From contig JARROF010000010.1 of the NCBI GenBank assembly GCA_037384205.1, positions 1,978 through 65,977 on the forward strand: 64,000 bases of DNA. Reading direction: 5' to 3'. Under the pieces are notes generated by a model that did no database searches, was not told the origin of the DNA, and was given only the letters and a program-made list of their open reading frames with translations. The DNA comes from Novosphingobium sp. GTDB taxonomy: Bacteria; Pseudomonadota; Alphaproteobacteria; Sphingomonadales; Sphingomonadaceae. The position numbers and the translations under genes were made by a program. Of this stretch, positions 29,329 through 36,507 are shown piece after piece; positions within the stretch are counted from its first letter, which is position 1; the number at the start of each line of letters is the position of its first letter.

Positions 29329-29460
29329 CCCTTTTCGCGTTTTACCGTAACCGGATTGCCTTCTGGCCCTGCCAGAGGGGCATTCCTTGTGTTTGATCTG
29401 TGGGATTCAGGCTCTGGGCACTTGCCCTAGGGCCCCCATGCAATTTAAGGCCCGAATCCC

Positions 29461-31089
29461 ATGGCGCGGCACATTTTCATCACCGGCGGCGTGGTTTCCT
29501 CGCTGGGCAAGGGGCTCATGGCGGCAAGCCTGGCAGCCCTGTTGCAGGCACGCGGATTCAAGGTCCGTATCCGTAAGTTCGATCCCTATCTGAACGTCGA
29601 TCCGGGCACGATGAGCCCGTATCAGCATGGCGAGGTCTTCGTGACCGACGATGGGGCCGAGACCGATCTCGATCTTGGCCATTACGAGCGCTTTACCGGC
29701 GTTTCGGCGCGTCAGGCTGATAACATCACTTCGGGCCGCATTTACCGCGATATCATCGCCAAGGAACGCCGTGGCGACTATCTGGGCGCGACCGTTCAGG
29801 TGATCCCGCATGTGACCGACGCGATCAAGGATTTCGCGCAGGCCGATACGGATGATCTCGATTTCGTGCTGTGCGAGATCGGCGGTACTGTCGGCGATAT
29901 CGAGGGGTTGCCTTTCATCGAGGCACTGCGCCAGATGCACAACGAGCTGGGGCGCGAGAACACCTGCTTCGTGCACGTCACGCTGGTGCCTTATATTGCC
30001 GCGGCCGGTGAACTGAAAACCAAGCCGACGCAGCACTCGGTGCGGGAACTGACAGGGCTGGGTATCCAGCCCGATATTCTCCTGTGCCGCTGCGACCGAG
30101 AGCTTCCGGAGAGCGAGCGCCGCAAGATCGCGCTGTTCTGTAACGTGCGCCCGCAGGCCGTGATTCAGGCGTTGGACGCACCCAATATCTATGCCGTACC
30201 CGAACAGTATCATCACGAAGGTCTTGATGCGGAAGTGCTGCATCACTTTGGTCTGACCTCGCCGGTGCCGGACCTTGCGCGCTGGGCCGATATCACCGAT
30301 CGTTATGAGCACCCGGAAGGGGAAGTGACGATCGGAGTCGTGGGCAAGTATGTCGGCCTGCCCGACGCTTACAAGTCGCTCAATGAAGCGCTGGTTCATG
30401 GCGGCATGGCGAACCGGGTCAAAGTTCATATCAAGTGGATCGACGCGGAGATCTTCGAGAAGGCCGATTCCGAAATCGCGGCCGCGCTTGAGCCGATGCA
30501 CGGGATCCTGGTGCCGGGCGGGTTCGGCGAACGCGGAACCGAAGGCAAGATTGCAGCCGTGCGTTTCGCGCGCGAGCGCAATGTGCCGTTCTTCGGCATT
30601 TGCCTGGGCATGCAGATGGCGTGCATCGAAGGTGCCCGGGCGGCCGGTATCGCCAAGGCCGCCTCGACCGAATTCGGACCGACCGATGAGCCTGTCGTCG
30701 GCATCATTACGGAATGGATGGGCAAGGACGGTCTTGAGCAGCGCGCGGCGGGCGGAGACCTTGGCGGCACCATGCGTCTCGGCGCCTATCAGGCGGAGCT
30801 GTCACCGAATAGCCATATCGCCGCGATTTACGGCGCGACATCGATCAGCGAGCGTCATCGCCACCGCTATGAAGTGAACGCATCCTATCGCGATGCGCTG
30901 GAGAGTGGCGGTCTGATCTTCTCGGGAATGTCTCCCGACGGGCTGCTGCCCGAGATCGTCGAGCGGCCGGATCATCCCTGGTTCGTCGGCGTGCAGTTCC
31001 ATCCGGAGCTGAAGTCCAAGCCGTTCGATCCGCACCCGCTGTTTTCCGGTTTTATTGCCGCCTCACTGCAGCAGGCGCGTCTCGTCTGA
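29461..31089 (+). CDS. pyrG: CTP synthase
   Basis: '[13 protein letters not shown]' N-terminus and GATase 'GICLGMQ…HRHRYEVN'. 542 aa. Confidence 0.97.
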   Translation: MARHIFITGGVVSSLGKGLMAASLAALLQARGFKVRIRKFDPYLNVDPGTMSPYQHGEVFVTDDGAETDLDLGHYERFTGVSARQADNITSGRIYRDIIAKERRGDYLGATVQVIPHVTDAIKDFAQADTDDLDFVLCEIGGTVGDIEGLPFIEALRQMHNELGRENTCFVHVTLVPYIAAAGELKTKPTQHSVRELTGLGIQPDILLCRCDRELPESERRKIALFCNVRPQAVIQALDAPNIYAVPEQYHHEGLDAEVLHHFGLTSPVPDLARWADITDRYEHPEGEVTIGVVGKYVGLPDAYKSLNEALVHGGMANRVKVHIKWIDAEIFEKADSEIAAALEPMHGILVPGGFGERGTEGKIAAVRFARERNVPFFGICLGMQMACIEGARAAGIAKAASTEFGPTDEPVVGIITEWMGKDGLEQRAAGGDLGGTMRLGAYQAELSPNSHIAAIYGATSISERHRHRYEVNASYRDALESGGLIFSGMSPDGLLPEIVERPDHPWFVGVQFHPELKSKPFDPHPLFSGFIAASLQQARLV

Positions 31090-31138
31090 TCCACAACTCT
31101 GATCAGCGACGTCTGATCGGGACAGCGCTGGAAAAACA

Positions 31139-31170
31139 AAGGGCTGGCTCCTCTCGGGGAGCCGGCCCTT
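31139..31170. terminator. Bidirectional terminator hairpin between pyrG and the convergent TonB-C gene
   Basis: GGGCTGGCTCC(31141-31151) / GGAGCCGGCCC form an 11-bp stem with one G·U pair. It is preceded by AAAAACAAA and followed by a T-containing tail. Confidence 0.6.
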
Positions 31171-31209
31171 CGCATTACCGGTGGCTTGCCGGAGCGTGCC
31201 CCGGATAGA

Positions 31210-31548
31210 TCAGATCAGTTTCCAGGTCAGCGGCAGAACAACCGAGTTGGTGCCGGCCGGCGGAGTGGGGACGCTGCCGACGCGGGACATCATATCAACG
31301 GCTTCCTTGTCGAGCGAGCGCGAGCCCGACGATTCGGCCAGCTCAGCCTTCTCGATCTTGCCCGAGGCGGAGATGTAGATCTTGACCTTGGCAGTGCCTT
31401 CCTCGCCGCGCATCTGGGCGGTGCGGGGGTAGGACTGCTTCGATGCAACGGTGCGCTTCACCGAGCTGAGCCAGTCGTTGGCAAAGGCCGGGTTGACGCT
31501 CAGCGCCAGTACGGAAAGCGCTGCGGAAATTTTCAGAATCGTCTTCAC
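31210..31548 (-). CDS. Secreted TonB C-terminal domain protein (113 aa)
   Basis: GTG 31548 with GGAG 7 nt upstream. It has a signal peptide '…ALSVNPAFA'. The TonB_C-like core is 'YPRTAQMRGEEGTAKVKIYISASGKIEKAELAESSGSRSLDKEAV'. Confidence 0.65.
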   Translation of the reverse strand: MKTILKISAALSVLALSVNPAFANDWLSSVKRTVASKQSYPRTAQMRGEEGTAKVKIYISASGKIEKAELAESSGSRSLDKEAVDMMSRVGSVPTPPAGTNSVVLPLTWKLI

Positions 31549-31617
31549 ACTTAGTCTCCATATCCGATGGGAGGCCGGATTGCAGGCCAGCCGTCCCGGG
31601 GGCACTCACTTCAAACT

Positions 31618-33504
31618 TCAGAATTCGCTCCAGTCGTCGACGGCGAGGGCGTTGGCCCCGGCCACGGCCGGCCGCGGCGCGAACTGGACAGGCTCTTCCT
31701 CGACCGGTTCCTCGGACACGGTCGGGCGCGGCGCGCTGAAACTCTGGGATGACGCCGCCAGTGACAGGCTGGAACCGCCTCCGCCAAGCTTGAACGCCGA
31801 CATCTGCGTCATCAGGCGCTGGGTCTCGTGCGAGAGGTTGCGGCTGCCGGCAGAGCTTTCCTCGACCATTGCGGCGTTCTGCTGAGTGAACGTGTCCATT
31901 CCGCCGACCATGGTCGAGATCTCGGTAATGCCTTCAGCCTGCTTTTCGGCTGCCCCGGCAATCTCTTCGACCAGACCGGCCACAGTCGCGACTTCGCCGA
32001 CGATCTGGCGCAGCGCGTCGCCGCTGCTTTCGACCAGAGAAACGCCGTCGCCGACCTGCTTGGTGCTGCGGTCGATCAGTTTGCGGATGTCGTTGGCCGC
32101 ATCGGCCGAGCGCTGGGCCAGCGCGCGCACTTCGGTGGCGACGACCGCGAAGCCCTTGCCGGCTTCACCGGCGCGGGCCGCTTCGACGCCTGCATTGAGC
32201 GCAAGAAGATTGGTCTGGAAGGCGATGCCGTCGATGACGTTGATGATCGCAGCCATTTCGCGCGAGGTCGCCTCGATACCGCGCATGGCGTCTACGGCGT
32301 CGTGAGCGATGCCTTCCACCTTGGTTGCGGTTTCACGGGCCACGATCAGCCGGGTGCTGGTCTGGCGGGCATTATCGGCAGTGACCTGAACGACGCTGGT
32401 GAATTCGCTTAGCGTGCGTGAGGTATTGGCAAGCGAACTGGCCTGCTGTTCGGTACGACCGGCAAGGTCGGACGTGGCCGCAGCGATCTCGTCGGTGCCG
32501 ACTTGAATCGAATTACAGCCGTCGACGAGTTCGCGCATCGTCTCGGAAAGGCGTGAGACGGCCAGATTATAGTCCACGGGGAGGCGGGCGAGTGCGCCTT
32601 TTCCGGTCTCCGCAAGACGGTTCGTCAGGTTGCCTTCGGCCAGCTGGGCAAGGCCATTCCCGATCGCTTCGACAGTGCGCTGCAGATCGCGTGCACGCTC
32701 CTGTTCTTCCTGAGCCCGTTCCTGATCGGAGCGAGCCAGTCCCTGAAAGCGCTCAAGCGCGCGGGCAAGGCTGCCCAGCTCGTCCTGGCGTTCAACGCCG
32801 GGGATCACTACACTGGTGTCACCGTCAATGAGACTGCGCACAGTGTCGTCGAGGCGCTTCACCGGGCGGGCCACGGAGCGCATCATGAAAACGAGAAGAA
32901 CGACAGCGCAAACCAGGCCGCCCAGCGCGGTTGCCGTTACGATCTTGCGGGCCTTTGCATAGATCGTTTCGCCGCGCTTGGCCGCGTCGCCGGCTGCCTT
33001 GGTGTTGAGATCGACCAGCGAGAGGAGGTGATCCTCCATGTTGTAGAAGCTGTCGAGGCCGTCGCCTTCGTATATTTCATGCGCTGCTTCCGGATCGGTC
33101 TGCGCGAGTTTCAGCATGTCGTCGTTTTGCGCGACATAGGTGTTCCAGTCTTCGCGAACCTGGCCCAGCGCGGCGATCTGATCCGCTCTGTGGATATGCG
33201 AGCCGTAATCCTTGAGAACCTGGTCTATCACGGCTCCGGAATTGCGCAGAACCTTGTTCTGTCGTTCCCATGCCGGCGTACCAGCCGCGTTCAGGGTGTC
33301 GTCCTGATGGATGCGGTACTGCGAGGCATAAGCGTGAAGATCACCAAGGGCCTGTGATGCAGGCAGCGAATCGGTCGTGAGCTCTCTTGTCAGGGCATTG
33401 ACGTCCCCGATCTGACGGATCGCAAAAATGCCCAAACCTGCCATGAAGGCAAGCAATAGGCTGAAGGCGAACACCAAGCGGTGGGCGATCTTCAAACGTT
33501 TCAT
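31618..33504 (-). CDS. Methyl-accepting chemotaxis protein with C-terminal DWSEF pentapeptide
   Basis: It has an N-terminal TM, a four-helix-bundle sensor, a second TM and a HAMP domain. The highly conserved signalling hairpin is '[40 protein letters not shown]'. It ends '…VDDWSEF*'. Confidence 0.9.
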   Translation of the reverse strand: MKRLKIAHRLVFAFSLLLAFMAGLGIFAIRQIGDVNALTRELTTDSLPASQALGDLHAYASQYRIHQDDTLNAAGTPAWERQNKVLRNSGAVIDQVLKDYGSHIHRADQIAALGQVREDWNTYVAQNDDMLKLAQTDPEAAHEIYEGDGLDSFYNMEDHLLSLVDLNTKAAGDAAKRGETIYAKARKIVTATALGGLVCAVVLLVFMMRSVARPVKRLDDTVRSLIDGDTSVVIPGVERQDELGSLARALERFQGLARSDQERAQEEQERARDLQRTVEAIGNGLAQLAEGNLTNRLAETGKGALARLPVDYNLAVSRLSETMRELVDGCNSIQVGTDEIAAATSDLAGRTEQQASSLANTSRTLSEFTSVVQVTADNARQTSTRLIVARETATKVEGIAHDAVDAMRGIEATSREMAAIINVIDGIAFQTNLLALNAGVEAARAGEAGKGFAVVATEVRALAQRSADAANDIRKLIDRSTKQVGDGVSLVESSGDALRQIVGEVATVAGLVEEIAGAAEKQAEGITEISTMVGGMDTFTQQNAAMVEESSAGSRNLSHETQRLMTQMSAFKLGGGGSSLSLAASSQSFSAPRPTVSEEPVEEEPVQFAPRPAVAGANALAVDDWSEF

Positions 33505-33685
33505 TGGCTGGTTGAACTCCTGGGGGCGGGGGAATGCAGGAGCTTGTTTAGCCGGGTTTGGTTTGGGTCGTTTTAAGTGAGTTAAGGGGAAATACCGAAG
33601 CTGTTCAGGTGGGAAACGGTTAGGGTCTTTTACCGATGTCTCTCAGGTATTGGTTTATGGCGCGGTAAGGTTTGCATCGAAAGAC

Positions 33686-33715
33686 GAAAGGCGGCCCGGA
33701 TTTCCGGACCGCCTC
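33686..33715 (-). terminator. Rho-independent terminator of the hsp20 gene
   Basis: The minus strand reads AGGCGGTCCGG-AAAT-CCGGGCCGCCT followed by TTTCGTCTTTCG. It lies 35 nt downstream of the hsp20 stop. Confidence 0.6.
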
Positions 33716-33749
33716 CTTCAACGGTTTGAAATATTGTTGATTCTGGAAA

Positions 33750-34220
33750 TCAGGCCGCAGCCGTGTCCTCATCCGAGCCATTCTCGACAACCGTCAGCGT
33801 GTTGCCGCCGATAGCGATTTTCTTGGGCTTCATCGCTTCGGGTACTTCGCGGACAAGGTCGACGATCAGCAGACCGTCAGCCAGATCGGCGCTGTCGACG
33901 CGCACGTAATCCGCCAGTTCAAAGCGACGCTCGAATCCGCGCTGCGCTATGCCGACGTGCAGGAATTCACCGTCGGAGGAGTCCTCGGGCTTGTTACCCT
34001 TGACGATCAGCAGGTTGGCCTGGGCGGTAATGTCGATATCGGCCGGCTTGAATCCGGCGACAGCGAGCGTGATGCGGTAAGCATCCTGACCGCGGCGTTC
34101 TATGTTGAAGGGCGGATACTTGTCGCCCGCATTCGCGCGGCCCTGACTCTCGATCATGTCGAACAGCCGGTCAAAACCGACCATGGTGCGGCGATAGGGC
34201 GAAAAATCGATACGGTTCAT
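33750..34220 (-). CDS. Small heat-shock protein, Hsp20/IbpA family
   Basis: I chose ATG 34220 ('MNRIDFSPY…') with GGAGG SD. The alpha-crystallin domain is 'PPFNIERRGQDAYRITLAVAGFKPADIDI…LLIVDL'. Confidence 0.9.
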   Translation of the reverse strand: MNRIDFSPYRRTMVGFDRLFDMIESQGRANAGDKYPPFNIERRGQDAYRITLAVAGFKPADIDITAQANLLIVKGNKPEDSSDGEFLHVGIAQRGFERRFELADYVRVDSADLADGLLIVDLVREVPEAMKPKKIAIGGNTLTVVENGSDEDTAAA

Positions 34221-34317
34221 GACAAAAATCCTCCAATGAGCAATCTTCGTATTGATGAGGCCCGGGAAACCGGCACCTCGTGGACGAGCCATCCCCGATG
34301 CGGGCCATGACTCGTAT
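34221..34317 (-). promoter_or_regulatory. ROSE-like RNA thermometer candidate (5' UTR of hsp20)
   Basis: The minus-strand leader ends …CCUCAUCAAUACGAAGAUUGCUCAUUGGAGGAUUUUUGUC-AUG. The 'UUGCU…UUGGAGGAU' arrangement around the SD matches my recollection of the conserved ROSE hairpin IV. Confidence 0.5.
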
Positions 34318-34321
34318 CCCT

Positions 34322-34352
34322 AGATATGATAGCGGCCCGCCGTTTCAAGGGT
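34322..34352 (-). promoter_or_regulatory. Putative RpoH (sigma32)-type promoter for hsp20
   Basis: The minus strand reads CCCTTGAAA-CGGCGGGCCGCTAT-CATATCTA. The -35 element matches CCCTTGAA. The -10 element resembles CYTATNT / CCCCATNT, with 17 nt between CTTG and CATATCT. Confidence 0.45.
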
Positions 34353-34380
34353 CGTGAGACGCGCAGGAAAGGAACCGCCG

Positions 34381-34644
34381 ATGAGCCAGCCCAAGGTCGA
34401 AATCTATACCAAGTGGGGATGTCCCTACTGCGTAGCCGCCAAGGCGCTGCTCGATCGCAAGGGCGTGCCCTACGCGGAATACGATATCACCATGGGTGGC
34501 CCCAAGCGCGCTGAGATGGAAGAGCGGGTGCCCGGTGCTCGCACGGTGCCGCAAGTTCTGATCGACGATAAGCCCTACGGCGGTTTCGACGATATCAATG
34601 CGCTGGACAGACAGGGGCAACTCGATCCCGTTCTGGGGCTCTGA
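34381..34644 (+). CDS. grxC: Glutaredoxin 3
   Basis: 'VEIYTKWGCPYCVAAKALL' contains the CPYC active site, followed by 'TVPQVLIDDKPYGGFDD'. I chose ATG 34381. Confidence 0.9.
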   Translation: MSQPKVEIYTKWGCPYCVAAKALLDRKGVPYAEYDITMGGPKRAEMEERVPGARTVPQVLIDDKPYGGFDDINALDRQGQLDPVLGL

Positions 34645-34648
34645 CAGG

Positions 34649-35464
34649 ATGGCACTGGCTGCGATCCTGCAGATGACCACGGGCATAGATCCGGCCGTCA
34701 ATGCCGCGACGATCGTCAAAGCCATGGCAGAGGCGCGCGGGAAGGGGGCGGCTATGCTCTTCACGCCGGAGATGTCCGGCCTGCTCGATCGCAAGCGTGG
34801 CCGTGCCAGGGCTTCGATTCGTAGCGAAACGGAGGATGTTGTCCTCGCGGCCGTCTGCGAATCGGCGGTGCGGGATGGGATCTGGGTGCATCTGGGGTCG
34901 CTGGCCATTGCGCGCGAGGACGGCCGCTGGGCCAACCGGGCCTTTGTGATCGATGACAAGGGAGAAATTCGCGCCCGCTACGACAAGATTCACATGTTCG
35001 ACGTGGATCTCGCGACGGGTGAATCCTGGCGAGAATCCAATGCTTACGCAGCGGGTGAGGATGTGGTGACGGTGGAAACACCGCTCGGCCGCCTCGGGCT
35101 GGCGATTTGCTACGATATCCGTTTCCCGGCACTGTTCGAGGCGCTGGGACGCGCGAAGTGCGACGTTATCGCCATCCCCGCCGCGTTTACCGTGCCGACG
35201 GGCAAGGCGCATTGGCACCTGATGCAGCGCGCCCGTGCGGTAGAGGCCAGCGCATATGTGTTGTGCGCGGCGCAAGTCGGTCATCATGACGATGGGCGCG
35301 AGACTTACGGCCATTCGCTGGCGATCGATCCTTGGGGAGAGATACGGCTTGATATGGGCGGCGAAGTGCCCGGTCTCGGCTATGCCGAGATCGATCAGGC
35401 GCGTCTTGCTGAAGTGCGGGCACAACTGCCCAGTCTTGCCAACCGGCGCGTTATTGCCACATAG
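34649..35464 (+). CDS. Carbon-nitrogen hydrolase (Nit/nitrilase superfamily) protein
   Basis: The Glu-Lys-Cys triad contexts are 'LFTPEMS', 'YDKIHMF' and 'LAICYDIRFP'. I chose ATG 34649. Confidence 0.85.
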   Translation: MALAAILQMTTGIDPAVNAATIVKAMAEARGKGAAMLFTPEMSGLLDRKRGRARASIRSETEDVVLAAVCESAVRDGIWVHLGSLAIAREDGRWANRAFVIDDKGEIRARYDKIHMFDVDLATGESWRESNAYAAGEDVVTVETPLGRLGLAICYDIRFPALFEALGRAKCDVIAIPAAFTVPTGKAHWHLMQRARAVEASAYVLCAAQVGHHDDGRETYGHSLAIDPWGEIRLDMGGEVPGLGYAEIDQARLAEVRAQLPSLANRRVIAT

Positions 35465-35471
35465 GCTCTGT

Positions 35472-35990
35472 ATGATTGTCTATGATCTGGAATGCCGCAG
35501 CGGTTCGCACCGTTTCGAGGGGTGGTTCAAGTCTTCGGAGGATTTTTCCTCCCAGCGGGACTGTGGGTATCTGGCCTGCCCGATGTGCGGTCCGGTGGAT
35601 GTGATCAAAGCCGTGCAGGCACCGCGCCTGGGCCGCAAGGGCAATCAACTGGTAGATGCGGCTCCTGCCCGCAGCGAGGGGCAGCACACCGAGACAATTG
35701 TCGCTCCGGTATCGGCTCAGCCCGTTGCCCCCGTGGCCAACGCGCCCTTGCCGCCGCAAGCGATGGAATTGATTCATAAGCTTGCCCAAATGCAGACGGA
35801 AGCACTTAAGACCTCGCGCTATGTCGGCGAGTCTTTTGCGGAAAATGCCCGTGCCATGCACTATGGCGAGCGCGATGCCGAAGCGATCCATGGCGAGGCA
35901 ACGCCCGACGAAGCCCAGGATTTGCTGGAAGAAGGGATAGCGGTAATGCCGCTGCCGTTCCCGGTAACGCCGCCCGATCAGGCGAATTGA
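35472..35990 (+). CDS. DUF1178 family zinc-ribbon protein
   Basis: 'MIVYDLECRSGSHRFEGWF…LACPMCG' has the Cys/His arrangement typical of DUF1178. The grxC-nit-DUF1178 order is conserved in alphaproteobacteria. Confidence 0.7.
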   Translation: MIVYDLECRSGSHRFEGWFKSSEDFSSQRDCGYLACPMCGPVDVIKAVQAPRLGRKGNQLVDAAPARSEGQHTETIVAPVSAQPVAPVANAPLPPQAMELIHKLAQMQTEALKTSRYVGESFAENARAMHYGERDAEAIHGEATPDEAQDLLEEGIAVMPLPFPVTPPDQAN

Positions 35991-36153
35991 ATTCCTGCCG
36001 ACAGTCAAGTTGTGCTTTGAAGGAAATGATGCGCCTTGACGAAGAAAGTTTAAACTAACTTTTCGTCACCTTGGTTGATTGGAACCGGTCCCTCGCCGAC
36101 ATTTCGCCAAACCCGCTGGACGAACTACCTGGTTTGGAAGAATCGGAGCCGCC

Positions 36154-36170
36154 TGAACCGTGACGGTTCA
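36154..36170. promoter_or_regulatory. Perfect 17-bp palindrome TGAACCG-TGA-CGGTTCA (operator-like)
   Basis: Read directly from the sequence. It lies in an AT-rich intergenic region about 85 nt upstream of the 36253 ORF. Confidence 0.5.
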
Positions 36171-36176
36171 CGATTT

Positions 36177-36209
36177 TCCATAAATCCCATAAATTCCATA
36201 AATTCAATA
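36177..36209. repeat. Three and a half tandem copies of a 9-bp unit (CCATAAAT+N)
   Basis: CCATAAAT occurs at 36178, 36187 and 36196, with a degenerate TCAATA at 36204. The array is immediately downstream of the palindrome. Confidence 0.8.
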
Positions 36210-36252
36210 CTTTAACAGTGTATCACGCCTCGTCGACCGGAGAAGAAACGCG

Positions 36253-36507
36253 GTGCCCCCGTTTTGGCGCGTACCGGTCGCGACCATGGGCTTCAGCCCG
36301 CCGGGCACGGCCTTCAGCATGGTGACCGGTGGCTGGGTCACGGGGGCGGCCAACCACCTCAAGCTCATGCGCGAGCTCAAGGAGGAAGGACGGATGCTGC
36401 CGGGCAATTTCGATTTCCCCGAAAAGTATGAACTGATCGACCGGCCGTCCCACATGCCCGAACCATGCACCCTGACAGCCGGGCGCACAGGGTTTTACCT
36501 GGCCTGA
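36253..36507 (+). CDS. Hypothetical small protein (84 aa; or 73 aa from ATG 36286)
   Basis: GC3 bias is very strong in this frame. GTG 36253 has GGAG ~10 nt upstream. No family recognised. The 3' end overlaps the convergent peptidase gene by 13 nt. Confidence 0.55.
   Translation: MPPFWRVPVATMGFSPPGTAFSMVTGGWVTGAANHLKLMRELKEEGRMLPGNFDFPEKYELIDRPSHMPEPCTLTAGRTGFYLA

Noticed and set aside
36154-36170. GAAC-N7-GTTC palindrome as a second LexA/SOS box
   Set aside because: Alphaproteobacterial LexA recognises a direct repeat (GTTC-N7-GTTC), and the Gram-positive Cheo box has N4 spacing. This inverted arrangement with N7 fits neither, so it is kept only as an unassigned operator-like site.
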